56,700 bases of DNA, from the sequence record PZ544694.1; one strand, given 5' to 3'. Below, piece by piece: positions 49,711 through 56,700 of the stretch (position 1 is the first letter of the stretch; each line of letters begins with the position of its first letter). This stretch comes from a phage. The notes under the pieces are model-generated. The model was not told where the DNA came from, did not search any database, and worked only from the letters and a program-made list of their open reading frames with translations. The position numbers and the translations under genes are program-made.

Positions 49711-49869
49711 ATGGTACAGGCCGAAGTAGACATTGTTATCAAGCGAGTTAATAATCAAATAGCAACGGAAGCAATATTAATGCAACAATGTATCGCCTCC
49801 GCCGTATGGGGGAAAGAGGGCGCTAAGATTTTCAACAAGACGATAAAGGGGCTACAAGGTGGCAAATAG
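49711..49869 (+). CDS. small ORF in tape-measure/chaperone intergenic (gpT-like) region
   Basis: 52 aa; first 19 nt identical to last 19 nt of ORF 49870-49965. Confidence 0.25.
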   Translation: MVQAEVDIVIKRVNNQIATEAILMQQCIASAVWGKEGAKIFNKTIKGLQGGK

Positions 49870-49965
49870 ATGCGGAGAAAATCAGGGAGGGGGTTAGCCT
49901 CCTCCTGTCCCACGGTCATACGTTCGCACGACACTACCCGATCGGCATGGTACAGGCCGAAGTAG
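49870..49965 (+). CDS. small ORF in gpT-like region
   Basis: 31 aa; read from frame 1. Confidence 0.2.
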   Translation: MRRKSGRGLASSCPTVIRSHDTTRSAWYRPK

Positions 49966-50418
49966 ATGTCATTATCCGCATTCGAACCAACGAAAAAAAG
50001 CGTAACTATCAATGATTCTATTTCCATCGAAGTTCGAGGCTTATCACTAAACGATATCTCTCGATTAATCCAGTTACACGCCCAAGATTTAGACGGCGTA
50101 TTCGACTTATATTCACAAGGAGTTGGGGCCGGGAAAGAATTAGATAGTTTAGTATTCGCTAACTACTTGCTCACCCTGATATCCTCCGCACCGGGGCTAA
50201 TTAGTAGCATTATCGCGGTTTCTGCGGACGAACCTACCATGGCCGATAAAGCCTCCCTCCTACCGATAACGGCGCAATACGATTTAATGATGGCCGTATT
50301 TGAGTTAACTTTCTCGGACATTGCTACGCTAAAAAAGATCATGGCGAACGTAATGGAGAAAGTGGGAGAAGCGAACGGGAAAACAGTTCCGGCCAAGAAA
50401 GCCAAGAAAAAGGGTTAA
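49966..50418 (+). CDS. tail assembly chaperone (gpG-like)
   Basis: 150 aa acidic protein between major tail and tape measure; ends KKAKKKG with AAGAAAAAGGG stretch. Confidence 0.45.
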   Translation: MSLSAFEPTKKSVTINDSISIEVRGLSLNDISRLIQLHAQDLDGVFDLYSQGVGAGKELDSLVFANYLLTLISSAPGLISSIIAVSADEPTMADKASLLPITAQYDLMMAVFELTFSDIATLKKIMANVMEKVGEANGKTVPAKKAKKKG

Positions 50419-51606
50419 ATGGCACAACCATGTACAAGCAGCAACGACCAGAATTACGTCGTAGGGCGTGGTCGACTATTCTTCGACAAGTTCGTCGACG
50501 GTTGTAACAACTCCGAGCATGGCGAAATGTATTTCGGTAATACCCCGGAGTTATCACTATCTTCTGACACAGAAACGTTAGACCATTATTCGTCTGATTA
50601 TGGTATGCGTGAAAAAGACCTAACCGTGATGCTAGAGCATTCTCGTTCTGGTTCATTCACAACCGACCATATCTCCGCGGACAACCTAGCGTTGTTCTTC
50701 CTAGGGGACAAAACGCATGTTACTCAGACTCAGGTGACAGGCAACAAAGAAGTATTCGAAAACGTGGCATTAGGTCGTCACTACCAACTCGGCACAACGG
50801 ATATCCTACCGATGGGCGTTCGTAACATCGAGAATCTGTTAGTTTACGTGGCGGACGGTGATACAACCATCAACCTAGGCGATGGCGATGTGTCAACTAT
50901 CGACGGTGTAACTAAAGTAAATTTTGCCGGCCAGATCGACTACGACCTAGAGTTAGGACGTATCTATATCGAACCTACCGCTACTGAAATTAAAAACGGT
51001 CAGCAGTTAGTAGTCCAGTATGACATCGAGGCGCAGGCTCGCGAAATCATCATTGCCCGTAACCGCATGATCTACGGCTCACTGCGATTCTTGTCAGCTA
51101 ACCCGGTAGGTAGCGCGAAAGATTTCTACTGGCCCAAAGTCATGTTACAACCTGACGGAGACTATGCACTTAAAGGTGACGACTGGCAACAAATTGGGTT
51201 TACCTTTAGCGTTCTTCGCAAAAACCGCAAAGTGGAGCAGGTTTACATCGAGTCAGCGATGGCAAGAGCATCTACGCCCCCAAAGCCTGATCCGGAGCCG
51301 GAATACCGTCTAACTCTTAGCGTTACTCCGACCTCCGGTACTGAGGGTGATACTTTAGTAGCTAAGGTAAAAGCTACGAAAGACGGCGCTCCGAGAAAAA
51401 CAAAAGTGGTCTTTGCCTTTAGCTCCGACGAGGTGGAACTGGCCGATAGTCACCCTGACGGTGTAGAGACAGACGGGGTTACGGGAGAGGCCACTGTGAA
51501 TCTTACGGTAGGCCCCGTGTCCGGTTCCGCGACAAAAGTTACGATAACAGTAACCGATAGCGACGGAGGAAGTGCGACGGAGGAAGTTACCGTCAACCCA
51601 AAGTAA
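50419..51606 (+). CDS. major tail protein with C-terminal Ig-like domain
   Basis: 395 aa; C-terminal ~100 aa beta-rich Ig-like (TLSVTPTSGTEGDTLVAKVKAT...VTITVTDSDGG); position as in lambda gpV. Confidence 0.5.
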   Translation: MAQPCTSSNDQNYVVGRGRLFFDKFVDGCNNSEHGEMYFGNTPELSLSSDTETLDHYSSDYGMREKDLTVMLEHSRSGSFTTDHISADNLALFFLGDKTHVTQTQVTGNKEVFENVALGRHYQLGTTDILPMGVRNIENLLVYVADGDTTINLGDGDVSTIDGVTKVNFAGQIDYDLELGRIYIEPTATEIKNGQQLVVQYDIEAQAREIIIARNRMIYGSLRFLSANPVGSAKDFYWPKVMLQPDGDYALKGDDWQQIGFTFSVLRKNRKVEQVYIESAMARASTPPKPDPEPEYRLTLSVTPTSGTEGDTLVAKVKATKDGAPRKTKVVFAFSSDEVELADSHPDGVETDGVTGEATVNLTVGPVSGSATKVTITVTDSDGGSATEEVTVNPK

Positions 51607-52119
51607 ATGGCAAGTAAAAAATTAGAAATACTAAAAGCACTAACGTCTCTACTAGAAACAGTATCATCGGACGGTAACGAAAATATACGGCCGTATAGTT
51701 TGGCCGGAAGTGTCTATCGCGGTAGAACCGTTTTTGGAGATAACGACCCCGTACCTTTGGTGAGTATACTTGAAGCGAAAGGGGCTAATTACGCTGATTA
51801 CGCTGATGACTTCAAGATCATAAACAAAACCGGCTGGAACCTATTAATACAAGGGTGGGTCGACCCGATAGACCCTAAACAAGAAACCGACCCGGTATAC
51901 GAGCTAGTACAAGACGTAATATGTGCGTTACAAAAGATTAATGCGGTACGGCCGGAGACCGGTAAACCGCTATACCCGGAGTATTATCGACTAGGTGGGC
52001 GGATTTTTGAATTAACTTTAGGTGACGAGGTTGTCAGACCAAGCGAAGTTGAGGTATCATCTAAGGCGTTTTTCTACCTCCCGATAGTAATCGGCATCAC
52101 TAATCAAGCAAGAGGGTAA
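51607..52119 (+). CDS. putative tail terminator (gpU-like)
   Basis: 170 aa; position between gpZ-like and major tail genes; weak N-terminal similarity to lambda U. Confidence 0.35.
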   Translation: MASKKLEILKALTSLLETVSSDGNENIRPYSLAGSVYRGRTVFGDNDPVPLVSILEAKGANYADYADDFKIINKTGWNLLIQGWVDPIDPKQETDPVYELVQDVICALQKINAVRPETGKPLYPEYYRLGGRIFELTLGDEVVRPSEVEVSSKAFFYLPIVIGITNQARG

Positions 52120-52737
52120 ATGGCGATATCGGTGGAGACGGTGGGCGTTAATGCGTTAAAACTGTATTTCGACGGTATGCCGAAGATGACGGCGCGGTCT
52201 ATGCGTTTAGCGATAAATACGGTAGTCCGCCGGTCAGGCATGAAAGCGCTACGGGACGGAATGTTGGCCGAGATAAGTTTCCCTAGGGGATACCTAAAAG
52301 GTGACAGACTGAAAGTGGCTCGATACGCCTCAGACAATAAACTAGAAGCGACAATACTCGCGAGGAAAAGGGCCACCAGCCTAGCGCGTTTTGCCACCTC
52401 CGGAACGATGGGTAAGTCCGGGGTAACAGTTAAAGTTCGTCGGGGGAGAACAACCTTTCTTAAGAAAGCGTTTCTTGTTAAACTGAAAGCAGGTGCGAGT
52501 ATGTCAGAAGACAATTACAACACCGGACTAGCAGTTCGTCTCTCTCCCGGGGAGAAACTTAACAACAAAGCAAGCGCCCACAAAGCGTGGCTTGTTCCCG
52601 GGCGAGTGGCCCTCCTTTACGCCCCATCGGTAAATCAGGTTATGGAAACTACGGCCGGAAAAGTGTCACCTCAGATCGCGAAGTTAGTTGAAGGCGAGTT
52701 CTTCCGGCAGTTTGAGAGATTAAGCAATGGCAAGTAA
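52120..52737 (+). CDS. tail completion protein (lambda gpZ-like)
   Basis: 205 aa; MAISVETVGVNALKLYF...RSMRLAINTVVRRSGMKAL aligns with lambda Z N-terminus (MAIKGLEQAVENLSRIS...AAMAINRVASSAISQSA). Confidence 0.55.
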   Translation: MAISVETVGVNALKLYFDGMPKMTARSMRLAINTVVRRSGMKALRDGMLAEISFPRGYLKGDRLKVARYASDNKLEATILARKRATSLARFATSGTMGKSGVTVKVRRGRTTFLKKAFLVKLKAGASMSEDNYNTGLAVRLSPGEKLNNKASAHKAWLVPGRVALLYAPSVNQVMETTAGKVSPQIAKLVEGEFFRQFERLSNGK

Positions 52738-53091
52738 ATGACCGCTTGGGCTAGACAAAAATATAAAATGAGAAAGGCGGTTCATTCCGCCTTTCGCCTA
52801 TCTGCTATCTTGATAAGAGGGAATCAGGAGCCGGTCGCCCTGTATGTCCGATATCACAATAAGATAGCAATCATGGGCGACCTCATGGAAGCGGGCTATT
52901 CAGAAGTTATTGACGGAGTAGACCGAATGATCTTCGATAGAGACGAACTGAAAGAAAAAGGTGTCGTACTAGCATACGGAAATATCATTCAATTGACAGA
53001 CCCGGGATTCGAAGATATCCGAGTGTCGTTGGTAGCGCAAGAGCCGTACAACGGCCCGGTCGAATCAAAGTGGCAAGTTAAAAGGATATAA
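52738..53091 (+). CDS. putative head-tail adaptor (FII-like position)
   Basis: 117 aa; position after major capsid in transcription order; beta-rich. Confidence 0.3.
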   Translation: MTAWARQKYKMRKAVHSAFRLSAILIRGNQEPVALYVRYHNKIAIMGDLMEAGYSEVIDGVDRMIFDRDELKEKGVVLAYGNIIQLTDPGFEDIRVSLVAQEPYNGPVESKWQVKRI

Positions 53092-53439
53092 ATGTCAGAG
53101 ACCAAAGAAACTGTAGTACAACGCGTGGCGCTTCAAACGATCATCTTACGTCGTAACGGCCAGCAATTCGTTCCGGCCATCGGCGATGTAGTTGAACTCA
53201 CAACCTCCGAGTTAGAACAGATTAACGCAACTAACCCTAGCGCTATCGGCCACATTAAGATTAATCAATCTGTGGCAAAGGCCCTCGTCGAAAAGACGGT
53301 TGATATGGAAGCCATCAAACGAGAAGCACTAGAACAAGCCCGTGCAGAACTCGCAGCCGAACAAGCTAAATCCGCAGACACGGCAAAGAGCAATAAGAAA
53401 GGAGCCAAAGCGAAGACCGACGCTGACGACGATCTATAA
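53092..53439 (+). CDS. hypothetical head-module protein (FI-like position)
   Basis: 115 aa; helical Ala/Glu/Lys-rich C-terminus. Confidence 0.3.
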   Translation: MSETKETVVQRVALQTIILRRNGQQFVPAIGDVVELTTSELEQINATNPSAIGHIKINQSVAKALVEKTVDMEAIKREALEQARAELAAEQAKSADTAKSNKKGAKAKTDADDDL

Positions 53440-54507
53440 ATGGCTGGACAGTATTCAACCGTACAACTTTTACCGGTATTGCGTAAAATCGAATCGCTAC
53501 CGTCGTTTTTCTTAGGGTTCTTCCCGAACACGATCAACTTTGATACCGACGAAATCGCGATCGATAAAGTAAGCGACAACTACAAACGCGTAGCACCGTT
53601 CGTCGCTCCTAACGTACAAGGCGTGGTGATCAAAGAGAAAGGTTTCCACACCGTAGCGTTTAAACCGGCGTACCTGAAACCTAAACATGCTATCGACCCA
53701 TCGATGGTGTTTCCTCGTCGCCCGGGCGAAAACCTACTAACTGGTTCCTTGACGCCAGACCAAAAATTCAAGATGGCCGTCGCAGAAACGCTACGCAAAC
53801 ATAAGTCAATGATCGAGAATACGTTCGAGGTTATGGCAGCGTCAGCGGTGATCTATGGCTACGTTGATGTTGAAGGGCCGGACTATCCGAAAACCCGTGT
53901 AGACTTCCGACGTGACCCGTCGCTGACCATCACAACCGACTGGACGGCTCCCGGCATCACATCGGAGCAGACCTTTAAAGACTTACGCTTAGGCAAGCAA
54001 CTGGTTAATGACAAGTCTGCTAGCGGTACGGTTGTTCGTGACTACATCTTCGGCCAAGACGCTTGGGATTTATTCGTCAAGATCAACAAAGACGAATTGT
54101 TCGGCGATCACGGCTTGATGGATACTCGTTTCAAAGGTTCTGAAACATTGATTACGCGTATCTCAGATGGCCTTGAGGGCATTGAATACATGGGCCGTAT
54201 CGCGGGTGTAAATGGCGCGGGTGCAATGGATATCTACGTCAACACGCAGAAATTCGTTAACCAAGACGGCAAAGAAGAATACCTAGTACCACAAGGCGGT
54301 ATCGTAGGTGTATCTCGTGCTATCGAGGGCTACCGTTGCTTCGGTGCAATCCACGACAAGAAAGCGGGCTTCCGTTCATTAGAAATGTTCCCTAAAATGT
54401 GGGAAGAAGAAGACCCAAGTGTTGATTATGTGATGACGCAATCGGCTCCGTTAATGGTTCCACGCGATCCTAACACTTCATTCTTACTGATGGTATCCAC
54501 CAAGTAA
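53440..54507 (+). CDS. major capsid protein (lambda gpE family)
   Basis: 355 aa; YLKPKHAIDP vs lambda YVKPKHEVNP; QSAPLMVPRDPNTSFLLMV vs QSAPLMLLADPDEFVSVQLA. Confidence 0.85.
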   Translation: MAGQYSTVQLLPVLRKIESLPSFFLGFFPNTINFDTDEIAIDKVSDNYKRVAPFVAPNVQGVVIKEKGFHTVAFKPAYLKPKHAIDPSMVFPRRPGENLLTGSLTPDQKFKMAVAETLRKHKSMIENTFEVMAASAVIYGYVDVEGPDYPKTRVDFRRDPSLTITTDWTAPGITSEQTFKDLRLGKQLVNDKSASGTVVRDYIFGQDAWDLFVKINKDELFGDHGLMDTRFKGSETLITRISDGLEGIEYMGRIAGVNGAGAMDIYVNTQKFVNQDGKEEYLVPQGGIVGVSRAIEGYRCFGAIHDKKAGFRSLEMFPKMWEEEDPSVDYVMTQSAPLMVPRDPNTSFLLMVSTK

Positions 54508-54903
54508 ATGTTAGCAGGTTCTCGCGACCTTAACGCATGGGAACCAACTCAGATTTTCGCCGGCGAGTCACCGATCCATACGGACAACGGCGTGGCGTCA
54601 AGCGATATCGATATGTACCAAGTGGTATATCGTAAAGAAGACGGCACTATCGCAGCATTTGACGACACGGTTTATCCGGGTACGGGTTCCGGCGGTGACG
54701 AGGGTGAGGGGACTGCAACGGCGATATTACCAGTCGGGATCTCGGCACAAGCAACGAAAAGCGGTCAGACAGTACAGTTCTACACCGGCGGTACGTTTAA
54801 TATCGATGCGATCACATGGCCGAAAGCCATTGATGACCTAGTGAAAGCCAAATCGCTTTTCGAGTTAGGTCGCTCAACAATCATTATCAAAAAACTGTAT
54901 TAA
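54508..54903 (+). CDS. head decoration protein (lambda gpD-like)
   Basis: 131 aa; TATAILPVGISAQATKSGQTVQFYTGGTF...WPKA...FELGRSTIII colinear with lambda D. Confidence 0.65.
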   Translation: MLAGSRDLNAWEPTQIFAGESPIHTDNGVASSDIDMYQVVYRKEDGTIAAFDDTVYPGTGSGGDEGEGTATAILPVGISAQATKSGQTVQFYTGGTFNIDAITWPKAIDDLVKAKSLFELGRSTIIIKKLY

Positions 54904-56181
54904 ATGACGCAAGGCACTTATCAAGCTGCTGCCGTACAAGCGGTACAAGCTATTAATCTACGCCCGGCGTTTCTGGACGAACGTTCAGTCGGTTCTATGG
55001 GGAGTAACTTACAGTTGCTAGCTAACGTAGAGGCCGACATGACTGACGAAACTTGGTCAACAATGCTAAACAACGTGTGTATGACGTATGGGGTGTCTAA
55101 CAGCGCACCAACTAACAAACCATACGGATTCTCTAACGGAACCGCTTTCATTCCGGTACACGGCTCTCTAATTAACCGCTTCGGCGGTTCTTGGGGATTC
55201 GTTACAGGATATAGCTATATTCGTAGAGCACACGCAATGGCCTTGAATGATCCGGACGTCGAGAGAATCGTCTATGACGTTAATTCGGGTGGAGGCGAGG
55301 CAGCCGGTTGTATGGAACTATCGGACGAGATTTTCAGTCGTCGCGGTGAAAAACCTACACTGGCCGTCATCAACTCAAGTTGCTATTCTGCTGCTTACGC
55401 GATCGCAAGTGCGTGTGACGCGATAAGTATCACGCCCTCGGGTGGCGCGGGTTCAATTGGGGCGTTGATTATTCACGCTGATATGTCTAAAATGTTGTCT
55501 GACGTAGGAATTAAAGTATCTGTGATACGCGCCGGCGACAGAAAGGCAGAAACCAACCCTTTCGAGGAACTTAGCGATCAAGCGAGAGCAGAGCTACAAT
55601 CAGGCGTCAACGCTTGTAGAAAAACGTTTGTAGCAACCGTAGCAAGAAATCGCGGTTTGTCGGAAAAGCTAGTATTCGACACCGAAGCGAAAACATACGA
55701 CGCGAATGATGCTAAAGACTTAGGTCTAGTTGACCGCGTTGAATCGCCAGAAATGGCATTACACAACTTCATTAACGGAACAGAGAGCGAAACTGATATG
55801 GCCGTAAAAAACACAAACGCGGAGCAACCGACAATCAATGCGTCCGAAGAACAAGCTAAAGGTGCGAAAGCAGAACAAGCGCGTATCAAGGGCATTCTTG
55901 GTTGTGATGAAGCAAAAGGGCGCGAATCGTTAGCACAACACATCGCGTTCAACACCTCAATGAGCGAAGAAGATGCTAAGGCAATGCTTAACGCTTCTCC
56001 GGTTGAGAAAGCGGAAGAACCAAAGCAAGAAGAAAAGCCGAACGCTTTTAAGAAAGCAATGGACGAAGGCGAACAGCCGGGCATCAAAGCCGAGCCACAG
56101 GACACGGATAAGCCCTTAGCAACGGACGAGAATAACTCGTTATTAGACGACCTTTCAGGTCTTGGCTATTTCGGTAACTAA
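54904..56181 (+). CDS. head maturation protease (S49 / SppA-like, lambda gpC-like) with scaffold-like C-terminal region
   Basis: 425 aa; S49 core GFVTGYSYIRRAH...VINSSCYSAAYAIASACD...GSIGALIIH; C-terminal ~110 aa Ala/Glu/Lys-rich, Nu3-like. Confidence 0.8.
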   Translation: MTQGTYQAAAVQAVQAINLRPAFLDERSVGSMGSNLQLLANVEADMTDETWSTMLNNVCMTYGVSNSAPTNKPYGFSNGTAFIPVHGSLINRFGGSWGFVTGYSYIRRAHAMALNDPDVERIVYDVNSGGGEAAGCMELSDEIFSRRGEKPTLAVINSSCYSAAYAIASACDAISITPSGGAGSIGALIIHADMSKMLSDVGIKVSVIRAGDRKAETNPFEELSDQARAELQSGVNACRKTFVATVARNRGLSEKLVFDTEAKTYDANDAKDLGLVDRVESPEMALHNFINGTESETDMAVKNTNAEQPTINASEEQAKGAKAEQARIKGILGCDEAKGRESLAQHIAFNTSMSEEDAKAMLNASPVEKAEEPKQEEKPNAFKKAMDEGEQPGIKAEPQDTDKPLATDENNSLLDDLSGLGYFGN

Positions 56182-56700
56182 ATGAACCTTTCATACGAAC
56201 AGTTTAGCCGAGACTACACGAAGACTAACTATTCTTCCGCGAGAGCCTCAATGGGGGAAACATGGAAATTCATGCAGTCTCGCAAAAAGATCATTGCTGA
56301 TGCTTTCGCTACAAACATTTATGCGTTGTGGTTAGAGGAGATGATAAACAAAAACGAAATCCCGTTGCCACGAGGAAAAACGAGCGACTGGTTTTACGAA
56401 CCGTTAGTGAAAGACTGTTTAATTCGTTGCGACTGGATAGGTGCAGCCCGCGGTCAAATCGACGAGAAGAAAGAGACCGAAGCAGCTATCATGAGAATTA
56501 ACAGTGGTCTGAGCACTCGTGAGAAAGAAATCGCTCGACTCGGCGAAGACTGGAGAGAGATTTTTAGGCAGTTAGAACGAGAAAAACGAATAAAAGATAA
56601 ATACGGGCTTGTTTTCTCCGGAGATGTGAGTAATATATCCGCTAACGAGAAAACAAACTCGGAAGATGACGAAGAAACTAACAGTGGGGATTCGGAATGA
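56182..56700 (+). CDS. portal protein, lambda gpB family (C-terminal ~30 percent only)
   Basis: 172 aa; NLSYEQFSRDY...YSSARAS...WLEEMI...CDWIGAARGQID...INSGLSTREKE colinear with the lambda gpB C-terminal third; continues ORF 277-1401 with no residues missing; ends with TGA at the last window base. Confidence 0.8.
   Translation: MNLSYEQFSRDYTKTNYSSARASMGETWKFMQSRKKIIADAFATNIYALWLEEMINKNEIPLPRGKTSDWFYEPLVKDCLIRCDWIGAARGQIDEKKETEAAIMRINSGLSTREKEIARLGEDWREIFRQLEREKRIKDKYGLVFSGDVSNISANEKTNSEDDEETNSGDSE

Noticed and set aside
49947-50015. Second MVQAEVD... start that looked like a shared gpG/gpGT N-terminus
   Set aside because: It is a read-through across the junction 49965/49966: the 19-nt ATGGTACAGGCCGAAGTAG is the duplicated overlap between ORFs 49870-49965 and 49711-49869, and the frame terminates after 22 codons.
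1-56700. Alternative-frame + strand ORFs in the track (e.g. 4037-4234, 8339-8596, 9968-10321, 33515-33871, 42038-42487, 54659-54841)
   Set aside because: All lie inside longer frame-1 ORFs with recognisable protein families or consistent tiling, and their translations are low complexity (Arg/Ser/Pro-rich); treated as chance ORFs. Embedded genes such as o-spanins cannot be fully excluded.
1-56700. tRNA genes, integrase, repressor, excisionase
   Set aside because: No integrase or repressor-like protein was recognised among the ORFs, and I could not identify a convincing tRNA cloverleaf by eye. If the window is a coding-sequence concatenation, non-coding genes would have been dropped, so absence is not evidence of a virulent lifestyle.

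Overview
The window reads as a ~56.7 kb tailed-phage gene set with lambda-type head and tail morphogenesis genes, but its layout does not look like a natural contiguous genome. All annotations are from reading the translations and sequence by eye; no searches or computations were run.

Gene content (all calls on the + strand, all in frame 1):
- Packaging and head: gpW-like protein, portal (split into two ORFs at opposite window ends), large and small terminase, major capsid gpE-like, decoration gpD-like, S49 protease/scaffold gpC-like.
- Tail: major tail protein with Ig-like C-terminus, tail assembly chaperone, 1443-aa tape measure, gpZ- and gpU-like proteins, DUF2163 distal tail protein, J-like host-specificity protein, and a family of paralogous putative receptor-binding proteins.
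- Replication: SNF2 helicase, VRR-NUC nuclease, family A DNA polymerase, SSB-like protein, Cas4-like Fe-S nuclease, PrimPol/SF3 primase-helicase.
- Accessory region (15-31 kb): mostly unknown ORFs, plus a Mom-like modification protein, a Dam-family methyltransferase, RdgC, and candidate lysis membrane proteins.
- No integrase, repressor, tRNA or CRISPR array was recognised.

Most important observation: every in-frame stop is followed directly by a start codon, and gene overlaps appear as duplicated 4-41 nt segments at junctions. This is the pattern expected if annotated ORFs were each extracted in sense orientation and abutted. Gene order is reversed relative to transcription order in 1-10317 and 38647-56700, and forward in roughly 15-31 kb. 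Strand, synteny and intergenic statements should be read with that in mind.
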